From an uncultured Enterobacterales bacterium (lineage in GTDB: Bacteria > Myxococcota_A > UBA796 > CAJQPC01), in assembly GCA_964519895.1 (NCBI GenBank), contig CAZFLE010000008.1, positions 25,767 through 89,766 of the forward strand: a stretch of DNA of 64,000 nucleotides, written 5' to 3'. Positions within the stretch are counted from its first letter, which is position 1. The number at the start of each line of letters is the position of its first letter. The position numbers and the translations under genes were made by a program. The notes below the pieces were generated by a model, which was not told the DNA's origin, ran no database searches, and saw nothing but the letters and a program-made list of their open reading frames with translations. Positions 56,401 to 64,000 of the stretch are shown here, one piece after another.

Positions 56401-57521
56401 GACTCGGCCCCGCCGCCGTCGTGGCCGATGGCCCCGACCAGCAGATCGTCGGTACCGTCGCCGTCGGTGTCGCCGGCCATCGCCACGGACCAGCCGGCGG
56501 CGTCAGCGGCGTCGGCTCCCCACAGCAGAGCGTCCGCCTGGGACCAGTGTCGGGTCTCCAGCACCGGTCCGTAGAACACGGCCACGGCACCGGCCATGGG
56601 CAGGTCTTCGCCATCCCGGGCCCACGCGCCCACGACCACGTCGTCGACGCCGTCTCCGTTCAGGTCTCCACCGCCTGCTGCGGACCAGCCGAAGCCTTCG
56701 CCGACCCCGCTGCCCACGATGCGCCCGGCGCTGTCCGCCAGGTCCACGTCGCCGACCACCGGGCCGGTGACCACGTAGACGGTGCCTTCCACCAGATCCC
56801 CAGCCAGGTCCTGGTCCACGTGCTGGGTCGACGTGACCAGCAGATCCCCGAGCCCGTCCCCGTCCTGGTCGCCGGCCGCAGCGACCACGAAGCCGGCGCC
56901 ATCTCCCGGATCCTCGCCGTTCAAGGTGGCCACGACCCGTCCGCCGGAGACCAGCAGGGCCTGCCCGGGCACGGCCACTTCACTGGTGTCGCCAGGCACG
57001 CCGACCAGCACGTCGGCGAGCCCGTCGCCGTCGGCGTCACCGACCCCAGCCACGCTGTGTCCGGCGCTGTCTCCGGACAAGGTGCCAGACGCGATCAGCA
57101 GCTCCGTGCCCAGCACCGGACTGTCTCCCAGGCCGGGCGCCAGGGTGTCGATCCGGCCGTCGCAGTCATTGTCGACGCCGTCACAGACCTCGACCCCGCG
57201 CGGGTTCACGTCGGGGTCGGCGTCGTCGCAGTCCCCGACCACCGTGCTGCGGTCGGTGGTGGCTTCACAGGTGGGCACCGAGTCGTCGTCGCCGTAGCCG
57301 TCGCTGTCCTTGTCGACGTACCACCCGCTCATGCCGTCTTCGTCGACCGCGCCGTCGCAGTCGTTGTCCACCCCGTCGCACAGCTCAGGGGCGCCCGGGT
57401 AGGTCGTCGGATCCCGATCGTCGCAGTCCTGGTCGCGATCGACGCCGTCCCTGTCCCAATCGCAGCTGGTCAGGCAGAGTGCGCTGAGCGCAAGGAGGAC
57501 GCGGACTCTGGGCATGCACAC
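50427..57521 (-). CDS. Giant lipoprotein: three sets of seven FG-GAP (integrin-alpha-like) repeats plus about 13 MopE-like Cys-rich metal-binding motifs
   Basis: 2364 aa. Lipobox LSALCLTSC. There are 21 GD-x-DGDG-x-x-D-hydrophobic-VGAP-type blades in three groups of seven. Repeated CDG-x-DNDCDG-x-x-DE motifs occur, nine of them in a tandem array. Confidence 0.85.
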   Translation of the reverse strand: MCMPRVRVLLALSALCLTSCDWDRDGVDRDQDCDDRDPTTYPGAPELCDGVDNDCDGAVDEDGMSGWYVDKDSDGYGDDDSVPTCEATTDRSTVVGDCDDADPDVNPRGVEVCDGVDNDCDGRIDTLAPGLGDSPVLGTELLIASGTLSGDSAGHSVAGVGDADGDGLADVLVGVPGDTSEVAVPGQALLVSGGRVVATLNGEDPGDGAGFVVAAAGDQDGDGLGDLLVTSTQHVDQDLAGDLVEGTVYVVTGPVVGDVDLADSAGRIVGSGVGEGFGWSAAGGGDLNGDGVDDVVVGAWARDGEDLPMAGAVAVFYGPVLETRHWSQADALLWGADAADAAGWSVAMAGDTDGDGTDDLLVGAIGHDGGGAESGAVYLVRGPVAGELSLEDADAVLIGETDFASAGTSVAGAGDLDGDGLADLLVGAPGQDRAYVLLSPVDGELSLGLADTLLDGNGVSSDAGFSVAGVGDVDGDGLGDVVIGAPAGDFGSAVLFSGPVTGSLTLDDGALMARGGAGALAGFSVTGAGDTDGDGVPDFAVGALRDDVGGRNAGAAFLIPGADAAEQYLGADFFADTDGDGHGDADTTVQACEAGPGALDDADDCDDADAQTFPGADEVCDEGDDDCDGAVDEGLEACGDTTDDDPVIDDPVDDPVDDPVDDPADEDPIDDPVDDQPTDDEPVEEEPVEEEPVDDDPPEDDPVTDLPDDADEDEPADDDEPADDDEPQDEPDDEPADDEPDDEPQDTGLTADPDPDPDDTGLPSDNDPPEDDDPVDDTPEEDPCESLTWYLDGDGDGFGDAASPVESCDQPSDAVADATDCDDSDGAAYPGATETCDGVDNDCDGRTDQIPADLDPVEGLDLADLLITGERYGQDAGYALSAVGDLDGDGLDDLAVGAPGDEGEAGAVYVFYGPILGEVDLEDADAVLLGDTEGGWAGYTLAGLGDIDGDGYDDLAIGAPNRRTFSADGWHEGAVFVVTGPISGQVDLGAADAILVGERRGDFAGVSVAAAGDVDGDGLNDLLIGASEADPNGPASGAAYLVHGPITGDRMLDSADAAIRGDAPLLLLGHSVAGVGDTDGDGHDDVLIGAWGDDTAHADAGAALLFRGPLSGDLTPADADVVFTGSSEGALAGYALSTAGDLNGDGLDDLLIGAPGTEDATHEVTGAVHLALSPFAGVVDLAASDATVVGTGGGPVGYVVAGGADFDGDGSPDLALGTPNRENDSNRGRAGAVHLFYGTPLGVRSTDESDLTVEGAMSDDNLGWAVAWSPDLDGDALPDLVMGGPGIGAGGGVAMLTDSIHQDQSLMTLWYTDADGDGYGDDATTVERCEAPSGTVSAGGDCDDDDAGLSPGADEYCDGLDNDCDDDIDEGEAADAPTWYLDRDSDGYAGALSSRVACEQPESGHAEVLDCDDRDATLNPDAAEICDLVDNDCDDAVDEDSGDDFDLFYSDTDADGFGDPAQAVEACMAPSGAVRNDDDCDDADPAISPDATEQCDGVDNDCDSMVDEEGAEDATRFYTDADGDGWGDPDTRVIACTPPTSAVAQGDDCDDADPAVSPGADELCQDAVDNDCDEMVDEDTAVDVGVWYRDEDSDGYGDPNRWTATCDMPSGYTTDAQDCDDREALSHPGAAEFCDSQDNDCDGTVDEDAPDTSTWYVDGDNDHHGAGDPVQACEKPAGHAATDDDCDDTRTEIYPLAPEICDGLDGDCDGTTDEDAGSTWYADDDGDEYGDVSDTVDACDAPDGYVVNRTDCDDADATMHPNAAETCGDGIDSDCDGTDDDPDAVDAVAWYQDEDGDGYGASRDPVYACDQPSGTTQNSEDCKDKDATVNPDGTEVCDDVDNDCDGDTDEGGATDALTFYADLDGDGWGDDNNPVSACSLPAEASETGGDCDDDARTVNPDERDYCGDAVDSDCDGLDAGCGLDGTTWLSAADAVLYGEGDDYEAGTSVSGAGDLDGDGYEDFLVGSPGYKRTVDEATYKSGTSYVVFGPVSGAQALYSVGHRRYGAERYDKIGQSVAGVGDVDGDGLDDAVVGGPYDSTADNKAGAVYLITTAPTGNGKVTNGATEWTGENGNDRAGNAVAGAGDINGDGNTDVLVGTERLGTGGSKAGGVYVLTDPTAGGSLAGATALLVGEDRYHYAGHSAAGAGDVDGDGFADVVVGAPGTDDGGAAYLVFGPISGTFTLSSADAIWTAEDGGDDAGTTVAGLGDLDGDGLDDIGIGAPGATGAALASGVTYVVDGLSGGSLVDAAWRVHGAERYDGSGAAILGPGDLDGDGNLDLVVGAPDAADGAGRVFVVLAPTSGTTELDAADGLHEGDGDDAAGTSLGAADTDGDGLPDLLIGGTGTDTGGSNAGGVWILSEGGL
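55176..55600. repeat. Short in-frame tandem DNA repeats encoding an Asp/Glu/Pro linker
   Basis: An 18-nt unit gctcgtcgtcgtctgcag x2 (PADDDE), a 15-nt unit tctacgggctcNtct x3 (EEPVE), and 12-nt units gtcgaccgggtc (DPVD). All lie within the giant gene. Confidence 0.8.
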
Positions 57522-57599
57522 TCTCGGCGGACCCCGGACCCCTCGGGAATCGACACAGCGGGCGTCGAGCGTGAGGGGGGGCCTGTCGAGAAGACGCGA

Positions 57600-59414
57600 T
57601 CAGCCGAACAGGGCCTCGTTCAGGCAGCTCTCGTCGGCCGTGCGGATGGACTTGCCCAGGGCGATCGCGCTGGGCAAGGTGTTGGCCACGTAGAAGTCCA
57701 GGCCCAGCACCTTGCCGCGGTAGAAGGCCTGGTCCGAGCCGGTTGCGCCACCGTCCAGAGCCTGGCGAGCGATGCGTGCCTGCTCCAGGGCGTGAAGTCC
57801 CAGCACCACCGTGCCCATCATCTCCAGCAGTGGCGTGGCCTGAACCATCACCCCGGCCAGGTTGTCTTCGGCCCCCACGCTGCCCAGGTGCATCGCCGTG
57901 GCGCCGACGGCCTGAACCGCCCGTTCCAGCGCGTTCGCCTGGTCGGCGAGACCGGCGTCCCGGGCGGCCTGGATGCCGTCGCCGGCCTCCTGGATCCACT
58001 GCAACAGCAGCATGCCGCCGCCGCGGGTGAGCTTGCGGCCCAGCAGGTCCATGGCCTGGATCCCGTTGGTGCCCTCGTAGAGCGACGCGATCTTGAGGTC
58101 CCGCATGTGTTGCTCGACGGGGTACTCGCTGATGTAGCCGTAGCCCCCATAGGTCTGGATCGCGAGCCGGGTGCACTCGAAGCCCAGGTCCGAGCACCAG
58201 GCCTTGACGATGGGTGTCATGAGCTCGACCAGGTTGTCGAAGTGCTTGCGCCGGTCCGGGTCCGGGTGGCGGTTCGCCATGTCGTTGCGCCAGGCCGTGG
58301 TGTAGACCAGCGAGCGCATGGTCTCGACCGAGGTCTTCTGGAGCATGAGCATCCGGCGCACGTCGGGGTGGTGCACGATGGCGACCCGGGGAGCGCTCGG
58401 GTCCCGCCACTGTTCGACGGCGGAGCCCTGGATGCGCTCGCGGGCATAGGTCAGCGCGTTCAGATAGGCCGCGCTCGCCGACGCCAGGCCCTGGAGGCCG
58501 ACCTGGATCCGGGCGTCGTTCATCATCATGAACATGATGCGCATGCCGCTGTGTTCGTCGCCGAGCAGGTAGCCGCGGCAGGGGCCGTTGGCGCCCAGCA
58601 CCAGGGTGCAGGTGGCCGAGCCGTGCAGGCCCATCTTCTCCTCGATCCCGACCACCACCGCGTCGTTTCGCGCACCCACGTCGTCGCCGGCGATCTGCAG
58701 CTTGGGCACCAGGAAGATGGAGATGCCCTTGGTGCCTTCGGGTGCCCCGGGTGTCCGGGCCAGGACCAGGTGGAGGATGTTGTCGGTGAGGTCCTGGTCG
58801 CCGGCGGTGATGAAGACCTTTTCGCCCTCGAGGTGGTACACGCCGGGCTCGTCGGTCGGGGTGGCCCGGGCCCGGTTGTCGCCGACGCTGCTGCCCGCAC
58901 CGGCTTCGGTCAGGCACATCGTGCCGGCCCACTCGCCAGCGTACATCTTGGGCAAGCACAGGTCCTTGATCCATCCGGGGGCGTGCTCGGTGACGAGCTC
59001 TGCCGCGCCGCGGATCAATCCCGGGTAGGTCATGAAGGCGGTGTTCGCCGCCGAGAAGATCTCCCCCACCGCGGCGCCCACCGGCCGGGGCAGCCCGATG
59101 CCGCCCCACTCGGCGGGGGCCATGGTGCCGATCCAGCCCGACGCGCGGAACTGGGCAAAGGCCATTGGAAAGCCGGACGGTGTCGTGACGTTGCCGTCGG
59201 CGTCGAGCTGGCAGCCCTGGACGTCGCCGGACTTGTTGAGTGGCCACAAGAGCTCGGTCGCGACCTTGGCGGCCTGGTCGATCATCGCGTCGTAGAGGTC
59301 CTGGTCCATGTCGGCGAAGGCCTCGAAGTCCTTGAGCGTGTCCTGGACCCGGAGCTGCTCGAAGAGGACGAAGCGGATGTCGCGCAGGTCGAAGTTGATC
59401 CCGGTGGCGCTCAT
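57600..59414 (-). CDS. Long-form acyl-CoA dehydrogenase (FadE-like, about 600 aa)
   Basis: 604 aa with TMCLTEAGAGSSVGD, EGEKVFITAGDQDL, GISIFLVPK and YEGTNGIQAMDLLGRK. Confidence 0.88.
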   Translation of the reverse strand: MSATGINFDLRDIRFVLFEQLRVQDTLKDFEAFADMDQDLYDAMIDQAAKVATELLWPLNKSGDVQGCQLDADGNVTTPSGFPMAFAQFRASGWIGTMAPAEWGGIGLPRPVGAAVGEIFSAANTAFMTYPGLIRGAAELVTEHAPGWIKDLCLPKMYAGEWAGTMCLTEAGAGSSVGDNRARATPTDEPGVYHLEGEKVFITAGDQDLTDNILHLVLARTPGAPEGTKGISIFLVPKLQIAGDDVGARNDAVVVGIEEKMGLHGSATCTLVLGANGPCRGYLLGDEHSGMRIMFMMMNDARIQVGLQGLASASAAYLNALTYARERIQGSAVEQWRDPSAPRVAIVHHPDVRRMLMLQKTSVETMRSLVYTTAWRNDMANRHPDPDRRKHFDNLVELMTPIVKAWCSDLGFECTRLAIQTYGGYGYISEYPVEQHMRDLKIASLYEGTNGIQAMDLLGRKLTRGGGMLLLQWIQEAGDGIQAARDAGLADQANALERAVQAVGATAMHLGSVGAEDNLAGVMVQATPLLEMMGTVVLGLHALEQARIARQALDGGATGSDQAFYRGKVLGLDFYVANTLPSAIALGKSIRTADESCLNEALFG

Positions 59415-59478
59415 GGGACTCCCCTGGAAATGAATGGCGGCTCAGTGGTGTAGCGGGCCTAACAAGGCGGGGGGGTGG

Positions 59479-60687
59479 TCACCCCAGGAAGCAGCCCCCG
59501 GCGCCTCGGTAGGTCGCGACACGGTCCAGCACGCCTTGTCCCCGCAGGAACAGGTACTCGGTGAAGTGCTCGGCGAGCTCCCCGGCCTTGGCGTGGCGGA
59601 AGAAGACCGGGTCTCCCAGGGACAGGGCCAGCCCCTTGGGCACGCGGAGCGGCGTCTGCACCTCGCCGGCGCCCTCCATGCCGAGCAGCGCCAGGCCCTG
59701 GGGCAGCCACGGCACGGGGAGTTTGTCGGGGCCTGCCGCGCCGCTGGCTACGTAGCCCCCGCCGTGACAGGTCACGTGGCGAGGGTCGGGCCGCCGGACG
59801 ACCTGCAGGGCAAAGGCGATGGCCGGGTCCAGGTCCAGGCCCTGGAAGTAGTCGAACAGGTGGGAGTCCACGAAGCCACTGCCAGCGGTGACCTCGGTCA
59901 GGTGTGGTTCGGCTGCGGTCAACGACACGCTCCCGGTGCCGCCGCCGTTGAACAGGTCATAGGCGATGCCGCGTGCGCGAAGGCCCGCGGCGATGCGGGC
60001 CCGCACCTCGACCACGTGGGGGTGGGCCTTGCGCTTCATCCAGCGCGTGGCCGCGTTCATGGGGCCGGACACGAAGGGGCTGGCGTCCTGGACCCCGGCG
60101 ATGTGGGACTCGTAGCCCATCACGCCTTGGAGGCGCAGACCGGGCCGGCCGGCGATGTGCTCGCACAGCGACAACACCCCCGCCGGCGTGCGCAGGGGAC
60201 TGCGCCGGGCGCCCACGTGCACCCACGGACCGAGGGGGCGGTAGCTGGTGTCGACCTCGACCACCACGGGGATGACGCTGTCGACCGCCCGGGCTGCCCG
60301 ATCGAGCAGGTCCAGCTGTCCGGTGCTGTCCACGACGATGCCCACGGTGGCCGGGCCCAGGTTGGCCTGGGCGAGCAGGTCTGCGTCGCACAACTGACCC
60401 GTGGGGTAGGCCACGAAGAGGTCGTGGAAGCCCCGCTGTGCCAGCCACGCGGCTTCGGTCGCCGAGAAGCACATCACACCCTTCAGCGTGTCCCCGCCCT
60501 GGGCGAACAGGTGCTCCATGAGCGCCACACAGCGCAGGGACTTGCTGGCCATGCGCAGCGTCTTGCCGGCCGCCCGGACCGGGGCGAGCAGGGTCTCCAG
60601 GTTCCGGTCCACCGCGTCCAGGTCCACGAAGGCGCAGGGCAGGGGCTCGCCCTGGAGTGCGGCTCGGTAGTGGGCATAGGTGCTCAT
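59479..60687 (-). CDS. PLP-dependent alanine racemase-fold enzyme (D-serine dehydratase / D-threonine aldolase-like)
   Basis: 402 aa. FVDLDAVDRNLETLL...LRMASKSLRC contains the candidate PLP Lys. It has a 4-nt ATGA overlap with the radA stop. Confidence 0.65.
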   Translation of the reverse strand: MSTYAHYRAALQGEPLPCAFVDLDAVDRNLETLLAPVRAAGKTLRMASKSLRCVALMEHLFAQGGDTLKGVMCFSATEAAWLAQRGFHDLFVAYPTGQLCDADLLAQANLGPATVGIVVDSTGQLDLLDRAARAVDSVIPVVVEVDTSYRPLGPWVHVGARRSPLRTPAGVLSLCEHIAGRPGLRLQGVMGYESHIAGVQDASPFVSGPMNAATRWMKRKAHPHVVEVRARIAAGLRARGIAYDLFNGGGTGSVSLTAAEPHLTEVTAGSGFVDSHLFDYFQGLDLDPAIAFALQVVRRPDPRHVTCHGGGYVASGAAGPDKLPVPWLPQGLALLGMEGAGEVQTPLRVPKGLALSLGDPVFFRHAKAGELAEHFTEYLFLRGQGVLDRVATYRGAGGCFLG

Positions 60688-62051
60688 CGGAGCAGCGCGT
60701 CCAGGGCCTCGCGCACGGTGCGGACCGGCACCAGGCTCAGGCCGGGTGGCGGCTCGACCTTGCTGCTCGCTGGCACGATCGCCCGTCGGAAGCCGTGCTG
60801 GGCGGCTTCCTTGAGCCGCAGCAGCGGGTGCCCGACGGCCCGGACCTCGCCCACCAGGCCGACCTCGCCAAACGCCAGCGCGTGGGGATCGAGGGCGCGG
60901 TCCCGGAAGCTGCTGGCGATCGCCGCGACCAGGCCCAGGTCCACCGCCGGCTCGACGATGCGCAGTCCCCCGGCCGCCGAGACGAAGACGTCGCGCTCGC
61001 TCATGGGCAGGCCGAGCTTGCCCAGAACCGCCAGGAGCATCATGAGACGCCCACGATCGAGCCCCACCGCGGTCCGAGCCGGGCTGCCCAGGCCAGGCGC
61101 ACCGACCAGGGCCTGGACCTCGGCCAGCACCGGCCTGCTGCCCTCCATCGCGGCGACCACGGCGGTTCCAGATGCGGTCGGGACCCGCTCCTGGAGCAGG
61201 CGTGCCGAGGCGTCGGGGACCTCGACCAGGCCCTCGTCGCGCATCTCGAACAGGCCGGTCTCGCCCGTGGGCCCGAAGCGGTTCTTGACCGCTCGGAGCA
61301 TGCGCAGGCTGGAGCGGCCATCGCCCTCGAAGTAGACGACCGTGTCGACCAGGTGCTCCAACATGCGCGGCCCAGCCAGGCTGCCTTCCTTGGTGACGTG
61401 GCCGATCAGGAAGGTGGCGATGCCCTCGCCCTTGGCCAGGGCCATGGCCTGGCTGGCGACCTGGCGGACCTGGGACACCGCACCGGGCACGCCCTGGAGC
61501 GCCGGGTCATGGAGGGTCTGGACCGAGTCCATGACGACCGCAGCAGGCCGCAGCCGACGCACGGCTTCGACCACGGCCGGCAGGTCGGTCTCGGCCAGCA
61601 GCGACAGGCCATCGCCGGCCAGGCCGAGCCGATCGGCCCGCAGACGGACCTGGGCGGCGGACTCTTCGCCTGTGACGTACAGGGTCTGCAGGCCCCGCCG
61701 GCCCAGGGCGTCCAGGGCCATCAGCAGCAGGGTGGACTTGCCGACCCCGGGATCGCCGCCCAGCAGCACCAGGGAGCCGGCGACCAGGCCCCCCCCCAGG
61801 ATCCGATCGAGCTCTCCGATGCCCACCCGCAGGCGGACCTCGCCGCCGCCGCGGACCGAGACGTCCTGGAGGGGGGTCGGGGTTAGGACCCGGGCCTTGG
61901 ACGGTGGGGTGCCCACGCCCCCAGGTGCCGGGGTCTCCTCGACCAGGGTGTTCCAGGCGGTACAGCCGGCGCAACGCCCGGCCCAGCGTGTCTCGACGTG
62001 ACCACAGGACGTGCAGCGGAACCGGGTTCGCGGGCGAGCCATGGCCGGCAC
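60684..62051 (-). CDS. radA: DNA repair protein RadA/Sms
   Basis: It has an N-terminal zinc finger (CTSCGHVETRWAGRCAGC), Walker A (GGDPGVGKSTLLL), KNRFGPTGE and a Lon-like C-terminal domain. The start may be 62042. Confidence 0.92.
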   Translation of the reverse strand: MPAMARPRTRFRCTSCGHVETRWAGRCAGCTAWNTLVEETPAPGGVGTPPSKARVLTPTPLQDVSVRGGGEVRLRVGIGELDRILGGGLVAGSLVLLGGDPGVGKSTLLLMALDALGRRGLQTLYVTGEESAAQVRLRADRLGLAGDGLSLLAETDLPAVVEAVRRLRPAAVVMDSVQTLHDPALQGVPGAVSQVRQVASQAMALAKGEGIATFLIGHVTKEGSLAGPRMLEHLVDTVVYFEGDGRSSLRMLRAVKNRFGPTGETGLFEMRDEGLVEVPDASARLLQERVPTASGTAVVAAMEGSRPVLAEVQALVGAPGLGSPARTAVGLDRGRLMMLLAVLGKLGLPMSERDVFVSAAGGLRIVEPAVDLGLVAAIASSFRDRALDPHALAFGEVGLVGEVRAVGHPLLRLKEAAQHGFRRAIVPASSKVEPPPGLSLVPVRTVREALDALLR

Positions 62052-62143
62052 GTACGCCCGCGGGACTGCGACGGCAACCAGGGGTGTGCCAGAAGGTGTC
62101 CGGACGGGAGCGGTAGTGTGCGTCGGACGGACGGGAGCACGGG

Positions 62144-62836
62144 ATGAGACGGGTGATCGCGGTCATGGTGGGCCTGTTGCTGGGCGTGGTCTTGGGGCGG
62201 CTCGGGCCGGCCAGCGAGCTGGCCGAATTCGAGGCCCGGCTGGCCCAGGCCGAGGCGGCCGCAGACTGCGAGGCGCAGTCCCTGGGACGGGACCTGGCCG
62301 CGTTGATGGGGAGCGGGCTGGCGACGCCGCCACCGCGCCGGGCACCGCCGCCGGCCGTGGACCTCGAAGAGCTGGAGGGAGAGCTGGCCGAGGCCGAGGC
62401 CGAGGCCGAAGCCCTGCGCGAGGAGGCCAAGGCGGACCTCAAGCGAGAGCTCGCCGACGACCAGGAGCTCCAGGCGGCCCGGGCGGCCCTCGCCCTCCGA
62501 CGGAGCCAGGCCCGGGCAGCCCTCATCGAGGACGCCGATCCCAGCGACGCGCAGCTGGCGGACATCGACGCCGCGGTGGACGACATGAACGCGTCCCTGG
62601 AGGTCCTGGCCCAGGACCTGGTGGACATGTTCGACCAGGGCGGGGAGCCCGGTCGCCGGGACGCGATGGTCTTTGCCGCCGAGGCCCTGGACACCATGAT
62701 CGCCGCCGAAGACCAGATCTGGGACGCCCTGGACTCAGACCAGCGCGACGCGGTGGACGACGGCGCCGTGGACCCCTTCAGCTACGTGGACGAGGGCATC
62801 GTGGACGTGCTGGCCGCTCTGGGGGACACGCCCTGA
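62144..62836 (+). CDS. Membrane-anchored coiled-coil hypothetical protein
   Basis: 230 aa with an N-terminal TM helix (VIAVMVGLLLGVVLG) and an Ala/Glu-rich predicted coiled coil. Confidence 0.5.
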   Translation: MRRVIAVMVGLLLGVVLGRLGPASELAEFEARLAQAEAAADCEAQSLGRDLAALMGSGLATPPPRRAPPPAVDLEELEGELAEAEAEAEALREEAKADLKRELADDQELQAARAALALRRSQARAALIEDADPSDAQLADIDAAVDDMNASLEVLAQDLVDMFDQGGEPGRRDAMVFAAEALDTMIAAEDQIWDALDSDQRDAVDDGAVDPFSYVDEGIVDVLAALGDTP

Positions 62837-63762
62837 TGGCAGGGCCCGGCCGCCCCGACCCCAGCCCGCTGCAGTCGCTCACCGACACCCTGCTGGTGGC
62901 CCGCTTCCACTTTGCTCGCGCCGTGCGCACCCGCAGCGCCCTGAACCTGTGCGCGCTGTTCACCCTCTGCGCCACCGGCTCGGCCATCGGCTTTCGCCAG
63001 ATCTTGAAGGCGATGGAGGACATGGCCTCGCGCACACTCGGGGTGCCCACGACGGACACCCCGGGCGCGATGTTCGACACCCTGCGGGTCCAGGGGGACC
63101 TGGAGTCGATGCTCGAGGCCATGCTGGGCAACGTGGAGCTGGTCGAGTGGGCGCTGACCACGCCCTACATGACCGTCACCTGGGCCTGGTCCGGGCTGGG
63201 GCTGATCCCCTTCCTGGCAGCGGCTGTCGGGGCCAACGCGATCTCCCCGGACCTGGCCGGGCGCACGATCCGCTTCGAGGCGCTGCGGACCGGCCGGCTC
63301 GAGATCGTGGGCGGGCGCTTCCTGGGGCTGGCGGTGCTGGTCTTGATCGCCATCGCTCTGAGCATCTCGGCACCGCTGGCCGTGGCGATGTTCTGGATGG
63401 CGGAGCAGCCCGCCCTGCGCCAGCTGACGACGCTCCTGGCCTTTGTGCCCAGGCTGTGGTTCTGGTCGCTGCCCTTCGTGGCGCTGGGGCTGAGCTGCTC
63501 GACGATGGTGAGCAACGTGAACTGGTCTCGGCTGTTCTCGGCCGGCGCGGTGGTGCTGACCTGGATCGGCTGGCGGGCAGCGGATCACTACGGCGAGGGC
63601 CAGGCGTGGTCCGATCTGGTCATCCTGTTGCTCCCCCAGGGCTGGATCGCCGGCCTGTGGGGACCCGGCACGGGCTGGCTGACCGCCGGGATCGTGCTGG
63701 CGGCGATCGGCGTGACCTATGCGATCCCCGGCCACTGGCTCCTGTCGCGGCGGGACCTGTGA
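62836..63762 (+). CDS. ABC-2-type transporter permease-like membrane protein
   Basis: The ATG overlaps the upstream TGA. It has about 6 hydrophobic segments and is directly followed, with a GTGA overlap, by an ABC ATPase gene. Confidence 0.55.
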   Translation: MAGPGRPDPSPLQSLTDTLLVARFHFARAVRTRSALNLCALFTLCATGSAIGFRQILKAMEDMASRTLGVPTTDTPGAMFDTLRVQGDLESMLEAMLGNVELVEWALTTPYMTVTWAWSGLGLIPFLAAAVGANAISPDLAGRTIRFEALRTGRLEIVGGRFLGLAVLVLIAIALSISAPLAVAMFWMAEQPALRQLTTLLAFVPRLWFWSLPFVALGLSCSTMVSNVNWSRLFSAGAVVLTWIGWRAADHYGEGQAWSDLVILLLPQGWIAGLWGPGTGWLTAGIVLAAIGVTYAIPGHWLLSRRDL

Positions 63763-64000
63763 CGGCCCCCGCCCTGACCCTGCGAGACCTGCGCAAGCGC
63801 TACGAGCGCGGCGGTCCCTGGGCCCTGGACGGCCTGAGTTGCAGCTTCCCCCGGGGAGCCATCAGCGGACTGGTGGGGCCCAATGGCGCTGGCAAGACCA
63901 CCCTGTTCTCGGCCGTGGCCGGGTACCTCCAGCTCCAGGGCGGCACGGTCGACATCCTGGGGGAGGGGCCCTTTGATCCCTTCCGGATGAAGGGGCGATT
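63759..64000 (+). CDS. ABC transporter ATP-binding protein (5' part; runs off the window)
   Basis: VTAPALTLRDLRKRYERGGPWALDGLSCSFPRGAISGLVGPNGAGKTTLFS contains a Walker A motif. Confidence 0.85.
   Translation, partial: MTAPALTLRDLRKRYERGGPWALDGLSCSFPRGAISGLVGPNGAGKTTLFSAVAGYLQLQGGTVDILGEGPFDPFRMKGR

Noticed and set aside
55287-59453. A 1388-aa plus-strand ORF spanning the antisense of the giant FG-GAP gene and the acyl-CoA dehydrogenase gene. The same applies to 50580..53771 and 53820..55151.
   Set aside because: It crosses two unrelated genes and an intergenic gap, and it is Val/Gly/Ala/Asp low-complexity mirroring the repeats on the other strand. The minus-strand products have strong family signatures.

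Overview
The window is very GC-rich bacterial chromosome with dense coding on both strands. The lineage looks myxobacterial: there are several Cys-motif plus TM plus Arg-rich MYXO-CTERM-like tails, a giant FG-GAP/MopE-motif protein and many lipoproteins. This lineage call is inference, since no database search was possible. I found no rRNA, tRNA, CRISPR array or transposase gene.

Main content, left to right:
- A minus-strand trp operon, trpE-trpG-trpD-[cytochrome c lipoprotein]-[flavin-dependent halogenase-like gene]-trpC-trpF-trpB.
- An IscA-like gene and a 2Fe-2S ferredoxin gene.
- A four-gene operon of overlapping lipoprotein genes, followed by a phosphohexomutase.
- A co-directional minus-strand block: ECF sigma, zf-HC2 anti-sigma, S41 PDZ protease, a DUF4388-like protein, a DUF1460-like protein and a PKD protein.
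- hutU, rpoZ and groES-groEL with a clean terminator.
- A thermolysin-like metalloprotease and a tetraheme cytochrome fusion.
- A TPR protein with two ClpX-type zinc fingers, then two tandem mini pilin-like genes and a membrane spermidine-synthase-like protein.
- pssA, aspartokinase, an OmpR/HisKA two-component pair and a glutaryl-CoA dehydrogenase-like gene.
- DUF362 and DUF1343 (NamZ-like) genes.
- A 2364-aa protein with three sets of seven FG-GAP blades.
- A long acyl-CoA dehydrogenase, radA and the start of an ABC transporter.

The most notable observations:
1. A gene carrying the full flavin-dependent halogenase motif set is embedded inside the trp operon.
2. A 162-bp MITE-like element with terminal inverted repeats and TA flanks occurs twice (about 96 percent identical). 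In both copies the element junction supplies the TAG stop codon of the upstream gene.
3. Two tandem roughly 60-aa genes carry class III (prepilin-type) signal sequences.
4. An uncharacterised operon consists of four translationally coupled lipoprotein genes.

Many very long extra ORFs in the track are antisense or read-through artefacts of the high GC content and were rejected. All family assignments come from reading motifs by eye. No HMM or BLAST search was run.
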